Shown here piece after piece: positions 42,254 to 52,617 of a stretch of DNA of 64,000 nt; positions within the stretch are counted from its first letter, which is position 1, and every line of letters begins with the position of its first letter. The notes beneath the pieces were generated by a model. It saw only the letters and a program-made list of their open reading frames with translations. It searched no databases and was not told the DNA's origin. Both the position numbers and the translations under genes were made by a program. Source of the stretch: an uncultured Actinomycetes bacterium (GTDB lineage: Bacteria > Actinomycetota > Thermoleophilia > RBG-16-64-13); contig CAWJDT010000001.1 in NCBI GenBank assembly GCA_963841735.1, positions 320,001 to 384,000 of the forward strand, written 5' to 3'.

Positions 42254-43255
42254 CTACTCGCCGCCCATGGCGGCGTAGACGAGCTCGTAGGCGCGGACAG
42301 CGTCCTTGTGGCTCTGTGCCTCCCGTAGCGCGGGCCCGTCGATCTTGGCCGCGATCGAGTCGATATGCCGCCACTGCAGCACACTGCGTCTCACGGCGGC
42401 GACTGGATCCTCGGTGTAAGGAAAGAGGTCAAAACCCAGCCTGCCGCCGGCCTCCGCATAGCCCGCGCGCCGCAGCTCGATCGCCAGTTCGACCGTCTCC
42501 AGGAAGTACGTGGCCCCGACCATGTTGTCGTCGTCGAAGTCGCCCCAGCCTGAGTTGGCATGCTGGTGGCCCAGCAGGCCTTCGGCAGCAAGCAGAGCTG
42601 CGTACTCCGGCAGGTGCTCGCGGTTCATTATCAGATGCTGCCAGTCCATATTGACCTGCACATTGTCGATGCCGCGTGCGCGCAATGTATGAATGACATG
42701 CAGAGTCATGCCGATGTTGCGCATGAAGATCTTCATCGCGGGCTCGGAGTTCTTGTGCTCCAGGAACAGCTTGACACCATGCGCGGCACAGACCTCAGCC
42801 GCCTGGGCGACGCCGTCGATGAAACGGCGCCAGCTCTCGGCGTACGGGGTCTGGAAGGGGTAGTTATAGCCCTCGATGCCCGGCCAGATTATGAAATGGG
42901 CCCCTAGTTCGCCGGCAAACTCCGCAGCTTCGAGCGTACGCTCGAGCGCCAACGCGCGCACTTTGTCGTCAGGCGACGAGAGCCCGCCGCGCCCGAAGAT
43001 GGGATCGAGGTGTAGGCCGCTCGCGATGCAGTAGATGTCGTGGCCGCCAAGCGCCTGCTTCACCTCCGCGAGGTTCTCCCGAGAGAGCTCCTGCGGGTAG
43101 TGGAACTCATAGCTGTCGATCAAGTCACCGAGGCCGCCAACCGCGCGCTCGACCTTCTGCACCGTGGTCTGGCCGGTGATATCGGGCTTGAAACCAATCG
43201 GGACGAAGCGGGTCACCATGGGGCCAAACGCCCATATGCCGAGGCTGGTCTTCAT
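42254..43255 (-). CDS. Xylose-isomerase-like TIM-barrel sugar isomerase (non-canonical)
   Basis: EFHYP, IWPGIEGY, LEHKNSEP, NMDWQH, HAN, DDD and FD resemble XI-family metal and substrate motifs; immediately upstream of xylB. Confidence 0.75.
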   Translation of the reverse strand: MKTSLGIWAFGPMVTRFVPIGFKPDITGQTTVQKVERAVGGLGDLIDSYEFHYPQELSRENLAEVKQALGGHDIYCIASGLHLDPIFGRGGLSSPDDKVRALALERTLEAAEFAGELGAHFIIWPGIEGYNYPFQTPYAESWRRFIDGVAQAAEVCAAHGVKLFLEHKNSEPAMKIFMRNIGMTLHVIHTLRARGIDNVQVNMDWQHLIMNREHLPEYAALLAAEGLLGHQHANSGWGDFDDDNMVGATYFLETVELAIELRRAGYAEAGGRLGFDLFPYTEDPVAAVRRSVLQWRHIDSIAAKIDGPALREAQSHKDAVRAYELVYAAMGGE

Positions 43256-43357
43256 GACTTGACACTCTTTCTCTTAATTAGTCCAGTGCCCGTCATAATA
43301 CCCGATTCGGGGAGACCGCGAAACTATTCAGAGAAACACGTGCTGCGCCGCGAGCTG

Positions 43358-43741
43358 CTAGGTCTCGTACAATTCGAGCGGCAGCCCGTCCGGATCCGCG
43401 AGAAAGACGAAACGCTTCTTGGTGAATTCATCTTCCCGGATCGATTCGACCAGGACTCCCTTCGCCTCAAGCTCGGCTTTGCATCGAGCCACGTCATCGA
43501 CCGCGAACGCGAGGTGACGCAGACCGCGGGCCTCGGGATATGAGAGGCGCGACGGTGATTCTGGGAAGGAGAAGAGCTCTAGCTGAGAGCCGTCCGGCAG
43601 CGCCAAGTCCAGTTTGTAGGAGTCCCGCTCGGAACGAAAGTGCTCGGCTATGACCTCGAGGCCAAGAACCTCCGTATAGAAGCGCTTCGATCTATCGTAG
43701 TCCGAGCAGATGATTGCCGCGTGGTGGATGCTCAGCAGCAT
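43358..43741 (-). CDS. VOC/glyoxalase family protein (YwkD/YaeR-like)
   Basis: IHHAAII, LELFSF, GLRHLAF, DPDGLPLELYE. Confidence 0.88.
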   Translation of the reverse strand: MLLSIHHAAIICSDYDRSKRFYTEVLGLEVIAEHFRSERDSYKLDLALPDGSQLELFSFPESPSRLSYPEARGLRHLAFAVDDVARCKAELEAKGVLVESIREDEFTKKRFVFLADPDGLPLELYET

Positions 43742-43819
43742 GCAATGGGCCCTTCTGACGTCTCAATTCCTAGTGAGCTTGCCTGTCGGCGGCCGTGAGA
43801 ATCCGCTGATGCGACCCGT

Positions 43820-45004
43820 CTACTTCTTCTTGCGGGTAGCAACGTCAAAGATCACCGCGCCGGCCAACACCAGCGCGCGGACGATGTACTGAATAGAGAT
43901 GTCCGCGTGCATCAGGTTCATGCCGTTGGTAAGCGAAGCCATCACCAAGGCACCAACGATGGAGCCGGTCACCTTGCCGACGCCGCCGGACACGGCCGCG
44001 CCGCCGACGAAGGCCGCGGCAATGGCATCCAGCTCCATGCCGGTACCGGCGATCGTGGTCGCCGAGCGCAGCCAAGAAGAATACAGAATGCCTGCCAGGC
44101 CGGTCAGGAGACCCATCGACCCAAAGACCAAGTAGGTGATCTTCTTGATACTGATGCCGTTCAGCTGAGCCGCTTCCGGATTGCCACCGACCGCGAAGAT
44201 ATGCCTGCCGACGGTCGTCCTGGTGGTGACGTATGCATAGAGCAAGACGACGACTATCACAATGACCGCGGCCCAGGAGAGGCCCTGGTAGCCGGCGAGA
44301 ACCCAGGTGACACCGACGATCACAGCCGATATGAAAACCAGCTTGAAGATGAAAATGTTGGTCGGTGCTACTTCGAAACCGTACGTCTGGTTCTTTCGCC
44401 TCTTGCGGAACTCATTCTGAATGAAGATAAGAACTGCTAATAAGCCAAGTAATAGGGTGACTTTGTGTATTCCAGGGAGAAATCCCATATCGGGAAGGTC
44501 GGGAATGTAACCGTTGCCGAGTGCGTTGTAGGAGTCTTGCTCGATGATGATCGAGCCTGTGGACCTCGTTATCAGTTGGAGCACGCCCTTGTACAACAGC
44601 CAACCGGCAAGCGTCGCCACAAAGGCCGGGATCCTCATCTGCGCCACCAACAGAGCCGTCACCAGCCCGGCGATCACTCCAATCCCCAGCACGAGAGGAA
44701 TGGTCGCGGCGACAGGCAGGTGCCAGTACTTGAGCGAAATGGCGGCAACCGCGCCGAGAGTGCCGGCCAAGAACCCGACCGACAGGTCGATGTGGCGAAT
44801 GACTATCACCAGAGTCATGCCGATCGCCAATACGGCGACGTAGCTGGTCGCATTCACCAGGTTGCCTATGTTTCTCGAGGAAACAAATAGACCTTTGGTG
44901 GCAATGGTGAAGAAGACCACCACCAGAACAAACGCGATGTACATGCCGTAATCGCGAATATTGCGGGTTTGCGCCCTCAATGCGTCTTTAAAAGAAGTGG
45001 ACAT
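43820..45004 (-). CDS. Sugar ABC permease (GguB/XylH-like)
   Basis: HIDLSVG, IPAFVATLAG, AVGGNPEAA, ELDAIAAAFVGG. Confidence 0.9.
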   Translation of the reverse strand: MSTSFKDALRAQTRNIRDYGMYIAFVLVVVFFTIATKGLFVSSRNIGNLVNATSYVAVLAIGMTLVIVIRHIDLSVGFLAGTLGAVAAISLKYWHLPVAATIPLVLGIGVIAGLVTALLVAQMRIPAFVATLAGWLLYKGVLQLITRSTGSIIIEQDSYNALGNGYIPDLPDMGFLPGIHKVTLLLGLLAVLIFIQNEFRKRRKNQTYGFEVAPTNIFIFKLVFISAVIVGVTWVLAGYQGLSWAAVIVIVVVLLYAYVTTRTTVGRHIFAVGGNPEAAQLNGISIKKITYLVFGSMGLLTGLAGILYSSWLRSATTIAGTGMELDAIAAAFVGGAAVSGGVGKVTGSIVGALVMASLTNGMNLMHADISIQYIVRALVLAGAVIFDVATRKKK

Positions 45005-45024
45005 TTAGAGCCCCTGGCTAGAAA

Positions 45025-45819
45025 TCACGACACGGATACTTCGGCAAAGTCATCGCGGGCGCCGATCATATAGGCCACTACTCCTGAGCGAAACTCATCC
45101 AAGGTTCCGGTGACGGCGGCGTCGCGGCATTTGCGGCCCTGCCGCATCACGATCAACCTATCACTGACACTGTAGATGTCTTCCAGGCGGTGGCTGATGA
45201 TGATTATCGAAGCCCCTTGGGCCTTGAGCTCCCGCACCAGGTCGAGCACCTGACTGATGGCCGCCACACTTAAGGCTGCCGTTGGCTCGTCCATGATGAT
45301 CACCTTGGAGTCGAAAGCCATCGCTCGGGCTATGGCGACTGCTTGGCGTTGCCCGCCGGAAAGCCTTTCCACCAGCGAGCGCACAGACGGGATCTGGATC
45401 TTGAGACGGTCGAGTAGACGATCCGCCTCTCGCTCCATGCGCTGGTTGTCCAGTACTCCGAACGGTCCAAGCCGCGCGCTGACCTCTTCGCGCCCAAGGA
45501 ATATGTTCGCGGTAACGTCTAGATTGTTTGCGATGGCCAGGTCCTGATAGACCATCTCGATGCCCAGGCGGCGCGCATCCAGAGGACTGGCCATGTGGAC
45601 CTTTTTGCCGTCAATGAGGATCTCGCCCCCGTCTGGCATGTAGGCCCCGCTGAGGACTTTCATCAGGGTCGACTTGCCGGCCGCGTTGTCGCCCATCAGT
45701 CCGAGTACTTCATTGTGATGCAACGTCAAGTCGACTCCGCGCAGGGCCTCGACGGCGGCGAAGTTCTTGACGATGTTCCGCATTTCCACTACGGGAGTGG
45801 CTTCTGTCATTGCACTCAC
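45025..45819 (-). CDS. Sugar ABC ATP-binding protein with a single NBD
   Basis: [33 protein letters not shown]. Confidence 0.9.
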   Translation of the reverse strand: MSAMTEATPVVEMRNIVKNFAAVEALRGVDLTLHHNEVLGLMGDNAAGKSTLMKVLSGAYMPDGGEILIDGKKVHMASPLDARRLGIEMVYQDLAIANNLDVTANIFLGREEVSARLGPFGVLDNQRMEREADRLLDRLKIQIPSVRSLVERLSGGQRQAVAIARAMAFDSKVIIMDEPTAALSVAAISQVLDLVRELKAQGASIIIISHRLEDIYSVSDRLIVMRQGRKCRDAAVTGTLDEFRSGVVAYMIGARDDFAEVSVS

Positions 45820-45838
45820 CTATCCAAGATACAAGAAG

Positions 45839-45882
45839 GACCGCAGGAATCGGACGGACAAGCCGCCAAGATCCCTGCGGTC
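45839..45882 (-). other. Stem-loop downstream of the SBP gene
   Basis: Minus strand GACCGCAGGGATC...GATTCCTGCGGTC; the mismatch becomes a G-U pair on the transcribed strand. Confidence 0.65.
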
Positions 45883-45895
45883 GGGAACCTAGATG

Positions 45896-47002
45896 CTAGT
45901 TCAGTCCGGTGAACTCAGCGGCCGTGTAGTAGCCGGAGTCGATCACAGCCGCCTGGACGTTAGCCTTATCCACGGTGACGATCGCGGACGGCTTGGCGGG
46001 TACATCTATCTTGCCGTTGTTGTAGGTACTAGTCTGCGCGGGGGTACCGTCGGTCAGGTAGGCCGTCGCGGCGACGATGGCATCTGCGACCAGCGTGCGG
46101 ACGTCCTTGAGGACCGTCATGGACTGCTTGCCGTCGATGATGTACTGGACGGAGGGGATCTCAGCATCCTGTCCGGTAACGACGTAGCTGGTGACGTCCG
46201 CGTCAGCGCCAAACACGTCGGCGATGGCCCGTGCGGTGCCATCATTGGGAGCGAGGATGAAGACATCGCCCTTGTCGGCGGCCGGGGCGGTGGTCAGGTT
46301 GGCCTGAGCCAGGTTCTTGGCCACGTCGAACTTCCAATCGGTGGTGACCTGACCGATGATGTTGCCCATCTCGTCACGGGTGAGAGTGGCCTTATCCTGA
46401 AGGGCAATCGCCTCGCTGGAGTTCTTGATGACGAAAGTACCGTCGGCGATCTTGGGCTGCAGCACATTCCAAGCGCCCTCGAAGAAGAGGAATGCGTTGT
46501 TGTCGGAGGCTGCACCAGCGTAGAGATAGAGCGGGTTGCCGGTACCGGTGGCTTTGTCGACCAAATACTGCGCTTGGGCTTCGCCGACCGCGATGCTATC
46601 GAAGGTCACATAGTAGTCTACGGCGTCGGTATCGCGGATCAGCCGGTCGTACGAGATGACTTTGACGCCGGCCGCCCGGGCTTCAGCAGCAGCGGCGGCA
46701 GCCGCAGTGGCATCCTGCGGGCAGATGATGATCACCTTGACGCCCGAAGAGATCAACGACTGAACGTTGGTCTTCTCCACAGCAGAATCGCCCTGGCTGA
46801 ATAGGATCTGAACATCATAACCGGCAGCTTTGAAAGCATCATTGAAGCGGGTCTCATCCTGAATCCAACGCGGCTCGTCCTTGGTCGGCAGAACAACACC
46901 AACCGAAAGCTTATCTCCGCCCCCACAGCCGGCCACCATGGGAACGAGACTCAGCGCCAGCAGCAAACCTATGATGATCCATAATGTGCTCTTCTTAGAC
47001 AT
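45896..47002 (-). CDS. Sugar-binding lipoprotein (ChvE/XylF-like)
   Basis: Lipobox VAGC; LPTKDEPRWIQD, ISYDRLI, DNNA, APND, TGQDAE, QSMTV.KD. Confidence 0.88.
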   Translation of the reverse strand: MSKKSTLWIIIGLLLALSLVPMVAGCGGGDKLSVGVVLPTKDEPRWIQDETRFNDAFKAAGYDVQILFSQGDSAVEKTNVQSLISSGVKVIIICPQDATAAAAAAAEARAAGVKVISYDRLIRDTDAVDYYVTFDSIAVGEAQAQYLVDKATGTGNPLYLYAGAASDNNAFLFFEGAWNVLQPKIADGTFVIKNSSEAIALQDKATLTRDEMGNIIGQVTTDWKFDVAKNLAQANLTTAPAADKGDVFILAPNDGTARAIADVFGADADVTSYVVTGQDAEIPSVQYIIDGKQSMTVLKDVRTLVADAIVAATAYLTDGTPAQTSTYNNGKIDVPAKPSAIVTVDKANVQAAVIDSGYYTAAEFTGLN

Positions 47003-47146
47003 ATTCCCCTGTCCTTCTGTGTTTGGTGAATCGACTTAGCATTGCCCGATACATCCCACCTCGTTTGTCCTGCTGCTTCAAACTCACCCCCCTTCAGTAT
47101 GAATGGGATAACCCTTGATTCCACGAATGGCGGCAACGGTAAACAA

Positions 47147-47171
47147 GGAGTTCAGTGGAGAAGCAAACTTC
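47147..47171. promoter_or_regulatory. Possible ROK-family (XylR-like) operator
   Basis: GGAGTTCA-N9-CAAACTTC resembles the GTTTG-N9-CAAAC xyl operator layout. Confidence 0.3.
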
Positions 47172-47330
47172 TTGGTCTGTCGGTGGCCAGATGGGAGTGT
47201 AGATCGGCTTGGTGGAACCATGTCGGCCACACCAAAGGACGGTCGAGCGACGGCCCGGCGCGTATGTGAGATATCACTCACGCCCTTGCCCCTCCCCCTC
47301 ACTTCGATCCGAGAAGCAGGATTTATAGCA

Positions 47331-47358
47331 ACTATACTCACCGGGGGAAACCTGTCAA
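47331..47358 (-). promoter_or_regulatory. Candidate SigA promoter for the ChvE-type ABC operon
   Basis: Minus strand TTGACA-16 nt-TATAGT. Confidence 0.5.
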
Positions 47359-47376
47359 TCGCGTGTGGTGCGCACC

Positions 47377-47757
47377 CTAGGCCGTCAGCTCTACCCGGTT
47401 CCGCTCAGGGTCCAAGATGACCGCCTCGTAGTAACCGTCCCCGGTGACTCGAGGCCCCGACTCAACCGGTACTCCTAACCGGCCTAGTGCCGCTACCGCC
47501 GCGTCGACCGCGTCGTGGCTACCCAGGGACAAGGCGATGTGGGCGTAGCCCGCCGCGATATCGGTCGGCGGCGGACAAAGCGAAGGCCGGTGCATCAGTT
47601 CTATGCGGGCACCCTCGCCGAGAGACACAAAGTATGATTTGAAGCCGGTAGTCGGGTTCTCATAGAGGTCGCCGCTTGTACCGCCAAGAGTGTCTGCGTA
47701 GAAGGCGCGCATTGCCTCAAGGTCGCGAACCCAGATGGCCACGTGTTCCACGATCAT
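47377..47757 (-). CDS. VOC/lactoylglutathione-lyase-like protein
   Basis: EHVAIWV, IELM, GYAHIA, GDGYYE, DPE.N.VEL. Confidence 0.88.
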   Translation of the reverse strand: MIVEHVAIWVRDLEAMRAFYADTLGGTSGDLYENPTTGFKSYFVSLGEGARIELMHRPSLCPPPTDIAAGYAHIALSLGSHDAVDAAVAALGRLGVPVESGPRVTGDGYYEAVILDPERNRVELTA

Positions 47758-47779
47758 CTAATCGGCTCCGTCGTTTGAT

Positions 47780-48430
47780 CTACATTGACTCGACTATTAC
47801 CCGAAGCTGGTCACCTTCAGTCTCTACCCTCACGTCCGCAATCGCATGCGCGATGATGTGAGCGTGCGCCAGCGCCAGAGAGCCGTGCGTGGTTGCCACT
47901 GCTATCACCCTCATCCCTGCTGCCCGCGCGGCGGCGATGCCTGCTGGGGCGTCTTCTATCACCACACACTTTTCGGGTTTCACACCTAGACGCGTTGCTG
48001 CGAGAAGGTAAGCCTCGGGGTCTGGCTTGCCCAGTTGCACGTCTTCAGAGGTCACCAGGATAGGTGGCGTTGGGAAATCTCCGTAGTGCAGCCGAGTGAG
48101 GGCCGTGCGGTTATTGCCACTGGTGACGACGGCCCAGCTGTGAGGAGGAAGCGCTTGCAGCAAGCTGCGAGCCCCCGGATAGGCCTCCAAACCGTCTGTG
48201 TCTATGCCTTCCTGCGCTTCGCGGATGCGACCTTCGTGTTCCGCATCGAGATGGGGCGCCATAATGCGAATGATCCCGGCTGACGTACGACCGTGCATTA
48301 CTTCGGCCAGGTGTTCAAAACAGACGTCATGACTGTCGGCCCACCTCTTCCAGTGACGATTGACCACCACGGAAGAGTCGACGAGGACTCCGTCTAGGTC
48401 GAAAAGCATCGCCGTACAAATGAGTTCCAT
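47780..48430 (-). CDS. HAD sugar-phosphatase (YfbT/HxpA-like)
   Basis: FDLDGVLVDS, AVVTS, GKPDPE, IEDAPAG. Confidence 0.88.
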   Translation of the reverse strand: MELICTAMLFDLDGVLVDSSVVVNRHWKRWADSHDVCFEHLAEVMHGRTSAGIIRIMAPHLDAEHEGRIREAQEGIDTDGLEAYPGARSLLQALPPHSWAVVTSGNNRTALTRLHYGDFPTPPILVTSEDVQLGKPDPEAYLLAATRLGVKPEKCVVIEDAPAGIAAARAAGMRVIAVATTHGSLALAHAHIIAHAIADVRVETEGDQLRVIVESM

Positions 48431-48520
48431 GAGTCAGCCTCGATAGAAAGCAATGGCAGCCGGAGTTGCGAGCACGGCGAGTATGCCCCACTCGCTTGTC
48501 TGGCACCAGGTGTCTGGGAG

Positions 48521-49026
48521 TCAGGACCTGCCAGAGGTCTCGACGGCCGGCCTCGCCTGCCTGGTGTGTCTCCTCAGAGCTAGTGTCTCAAGCAGGGATC
48601 GCTCGATCACCTCCGGCGAAGGTGGGCAGCCCCGGATACGGAGAGCGACCGGCAACACGTCCTCGAGCGGTCCCGCCAGTTCGCTGGGAGCCCCCAGCAC
48701 CCCACATCCGCATGCGCAGTCCCCCAGCGCGACCACCAGCCGCGGCTCGGGCATGGCGTCGTAGGCCGTGCGAAGGGGCACGACCATTCGCGTGGTGATG
48801 GCGCCCGTCACCAGCAGGACGTCGGCGTGCCGAGGCGAGGCGACCACGTTGAGGCCGTGACGCCCCAGGTCGTAGTGCGGACCCGACCCGGCGCCCAGCT
48901 CGTGCTCGCAGCCATTGCACGAGCCGGCGTCCACGTGACGCACGGCGAGCGACCCCGGCCGCTTGGATGACGGCAGCAGCTGATCTGGCGCCGGAGTCTG
49001 CGCAGTTCGTTAAGCAGGACGAACAC
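48521..49026 (-). CDS. Group 4 hydrogenase/Ehr small subunit (NuoB/HycG/HyfI family); frameshift near the 5' end
   Basis: GSCNGCE, ASPRHADVLLVTG, GDCA, GCPP. Confidence 0.88.
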
Positions 49027-49035
49027 GGTGCCCCC

Positions 49036-50520
49036 TCAACGGTCGCAACAGGAGTAACAGAGCTCGAAGCTCTTGTTGATAAGGGGAAAGTCGGGCAGGA
49101 TCTCCCCGGCCGCCGCCCTGGCCAGCGCGGGCCAGTTGGCGTAGGAAGCCGGTGCGGAGGTGAAGACGCGTGACGCGGTCGTCGGCGGCTTCCAGGATGC
49201 AGACCGTTTCTCCGCGCGGACTCTCGACGCTCGCCACACCCACGGGTTCGGCCGACACCCGCGACAGTGCCCTGCCGGCTCCACGCCCTCCGCCAGCAGC
49301 TCGTCCAACAAGCCGAGGGTCACCTCCAGTTCCATGGCCCGCACGTCCATGCGACCGGCGACGTCGCCGGTCGCGGGACTGGGCACGGCAGGCGAGAAGT
49401 CCCGATAGCTCAGACGCGGACTGTCGACCCTCGCGTCCAGAGCCACACCCGCCGCGCGCGCCGCCGGCCCGACGACACCCAGCTGGGCGCACTTCGTCCG
49501 GGGAGATAACACCAACACCGACGAAACGGTCCTGAACCGAAGCGTTGAACAGCACCTCGTGCCAGGCCCTGCGGGCGTCATCTCTCAACGCGCGCAGTTC
49601 TTGGCGGGCCTCCGCCACAGCAACGCGGTCGATCTGCCATTTGCTGCCCCCCACGGCGATGGTGTCGAAGAGAAACCGGTGCCCGGTGAGAGATCCGGTT
49701 GAGGCGCTGGGCGCGCTCTTTGAGCGCGGCAAAGGCCATGTTGCCCGGCTGCGAAGCCCACGCCGGCGCAGACGGCGCCGATGTCGTTGAGATGGTTGTA
49801 GAGACGCTCCAGTTCGAGCAGTATCGTGCGAACACGAGCCAGTCCGGGCTCGGGCCACAGACCCAGAAGCGACTCCGCGGCGTGCGCATAGGCCACCGAG
49901 TTGCTCACGGCGCAGGCGGCGCAGGCGCGCTGCGCATAGACCAGGCCTTCCGCGAGGGTGCGGCCTTCGGCGGCACGCTCCAGGCCTCGGTGCTTGTAGA
50001 ACAGACGCAGGTCGATGTGGAGGATCTTCTCGCCCACCACGTGGAAGCGGAAGTGGCCCGATTCGATCACCCCCGCGTGGATGGGACCGACCGCCACCTG
50101 GAAGGCGTCGTGACCAGAGACCGGCACCGTCCATGAGGACAGTCCGCTCGTATGCTCGACCAGCGGCCGCAGAGGCACGTGGCCGGAGAAGCCGCAGGCC
50201 GTAGAGGTCCTTGGCTTCTCGCTCATCCCAGCCCGCGGCAGGCGCCAGGTCGACGATGCTCGGGCACCTCGCCGTCCGGCGCGGCTGCCGCCAGCAGGAT
50301 CGGACCCTCCGGGTCTGGCGAACAGCGCCCGCACTCCACGCCCAGCCGGCATCACCGCGCTACCCGGAGTATTTTCGTCCACCCCGTAAAGCGCAAGAAA
50401 GCGCCCCGTGCCAGCCAAGACGGCTGCGCAGCGCTCTGGCCAGTCGGCGAGCGTGATCTGGTCGATCTGCAGCCCGACAGGCCGCTGTTCGGGCATGGGC
50501 GTCACATTCTCGGCACTCAC
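49036..50520 (-). CDS. Group 4 hydrogenase/Ehr large subunit (NuoC+NuoD, HycE/HyfG-like); several frameshifts
   Basis: VGPIHAGVIESGHF, YKHRGLE, QRACAACAVSN, ELERLYNHL, VESPRGE, DFPLINKSFELCYSCCDR-stop. Confidence 0.88.
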
Positions 50521-51998
50521 GGCAGACCTCCAGCCAAGGTGTGGACAAGGTCCGACCCGGGCAGCACCAGTGTCAGCGCCGCGAGAGCAACCAGCAGAAC
50601 CGCGGCCGCGATGCTGAGCACACCCACCCCGCGTCCACCGGCCAAGCCGTCGCGACGCGGGCGGCGGCTCGAACCAAGAAGATCCTGCACCAACACGTGG
50701 GCAAGGCCCAGGAAGCCGAACGCAAGCAGCAACGCGGCGACCGCTGCGCTGACCGTGTGGCCGGAGGTGAACCCACCCATGAGTATAAGCACCTCGCTAA
50801 AGAAGAGCGGCGACGGCGGCAGGCCGCTGAGCGAGCCCAGGCTCAGGCCCATGCCCGCCACGAGAGCGGGATTCTCCCCCAGCAGGCCACGCGGCCGGGT
50901 ACCGCCGCGCCGAGGGTCGCAGGTCGAAGAGCGGCGTAGCCGCGTAGAAGCCCAGAGACTTGGCTACCGCGTGCCCGCCCAGATGCAGGACGACGCCGGC
51001 GATGGCCAGCGAGTTGCCGAACCCGATGCCGAGTGCGATCACTCCCATGTGTTCCAGGCTGGAATAGGCCAGTAGTCGTTTCCAGGCCAAGAGGCCGCCA
51101 CAAGAACGGGCACGGCCACCGCCAAGGGATGCCAGGCCGAACGCCAGAAACACGCCGTGGCCGACACGGACTCCCACTGCCGGCACCAACGCCTGTTCGG
51201 TCCGCCAGGCGATGAGCATGACTGTCGGTAGGAGCGCCGCTGAGAGCAGAGCCGAGATGGGCGGCGGTGCTTCGCTGTGGGCATCCGGAAGCCAGTTGTG
51301 CACCGGAGCCCAGCCGATCTTGGTGGCCAAGACCGCAGAACAGAAGCAGAAAGCCGCCCAACGTGGCCGCGTGTGGCATCGCCGAAGCCGAGGCGGCGAG
51401 ACCGCGCCAAGATAGCCCGGCCATGCCCGACGCTGCGCTCGGGGAGCGCGACGTACAGCACCACCACGCCAAGCAGCGCCACGGTCAGACCCGCCGTGGT
51501 GAGGATCAAGTACTTCCACCCGGCTTCGAGAGCCCGGGGGCGACCGCTGTAGGCCACAAGGAGAGCTGAGACCGCCGGTGGTGGCCTCGATGACGATCCA
51601 GGCGACTCCCAGATTGCCGGCAAGCGGAATGGCCAGCAGCGCCGCCCAGAAGATGTGAGAAGCAGAGGTAGTACGAGGCTCGAGCGCGCGATGGCCGGAA
51701 GAAACTACGGTGACCGGTGCTCAGATAGGCAGGTGATACCAGGGCGCTGCACAAACCCACGAACGCGATGACGGCCGAGAAAGGGCGCGCCGAGCGTATC
51801 CAAGACGACCCAGTCGCTGCCGCCAACCTTGTCTGCGCCGACGACTGCGAGGACGGCGGCCCCGAAAGCTGCGGCTGCCGTGAGCGCCGCCGTAACGCGA
51901 TTTATCCAGTCCTGACTGCGCGCCGTGGGGGCGACTTGTATCAGAGCCCCGCCTAACAGCGGAAGGGCGGGAACGATGAGAGCATAGTATGCGGGCAT
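50517..51998 (-). CDS. hyfF: HyfF-like antiporter-type membrane subunit; frameshifted
   Basis: EAGWKY, TKIGWAPVHNWLPDAHSEAP, KRLLAYSSLEHMG, GLPPSPLFFSE. Confidence 0.8.
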
Positions 51999-51999
51999 G

Positions 52000-52617
52000 T
52001 CAATCACGCAGACCCCGCAAAACCGCGGTATCTCCGGTGCCGAACTCGCCGAAGATGCGCTTGTGAAAAGCCACCGCTACAGTGATCACCATGACAAGAT
52101 CGAAAGCCACCCCAAGCTCGATCACAAGCGGCAGACCTCCGGGAACCACCACCGCAACAAGGGCCACAGCGTTTTCGGCGACGATGAGACCCAACAGGTG
52201 GAAGATGGTCTGGCGGCGTACGACGATCGTGGCGATACCGATCGTGAGCAGACCCACGCCGGCCTGCTCGGCCGCCGGAGAGGCGAGACCGAAGGGGGGC
52301 GCAAGCATGACTACGACGAACACCGCTGCCACGACCAAGCCTAGGCGCATGAGCGGTTTCATCCGCGAACGCAGCGGGCGTGGCTCACGGGTACGGCTGA
52401 CGCTGTAGGCCAGCAGCCCACAGAGAGGCAGCGCACGGACGAAAAGGGCCAGGCTCGCGATCAGAAACTCCGTCGAGCGTCCGTGAGAGAGCACCAGCGC
52501 GTACACCCCGAGCAGCAGGGTTTGGAGGGCGACCAGCGCGATGGCCGTCGCCCGGCGACGAGTGCTCACAACCAGCAGTCCGAGAGCCACCATCCCCCAA
52601 CTGAGCGCCTCAGTCAT
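52000..52617 (-). CDS. hyfE: HyfE-like membrane subunit
   Basis: Multi-TM protein with AENAV, P..IELG..FD and DT..LR.LRD tail. Confidence 0.8.
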   Translation of the reverse strand: MTEALSWGMVALGLLVVSTRRRATAIALVALQTLLLGVYALVLSHGRSTEFLIASLALFVRALPLCGLLAYSVSRTREPRPLRSRMKPLMRLGLVVAAVFVVVMLAPPFGLASPAAEQAGVGLLTIGIATIVVRRQTIFHLLGLIVAENAVALVAVVVPGGLPLVIELGVAFDLVMVITVAVAFHKRIFGEFGTGDTAVLRGLRD

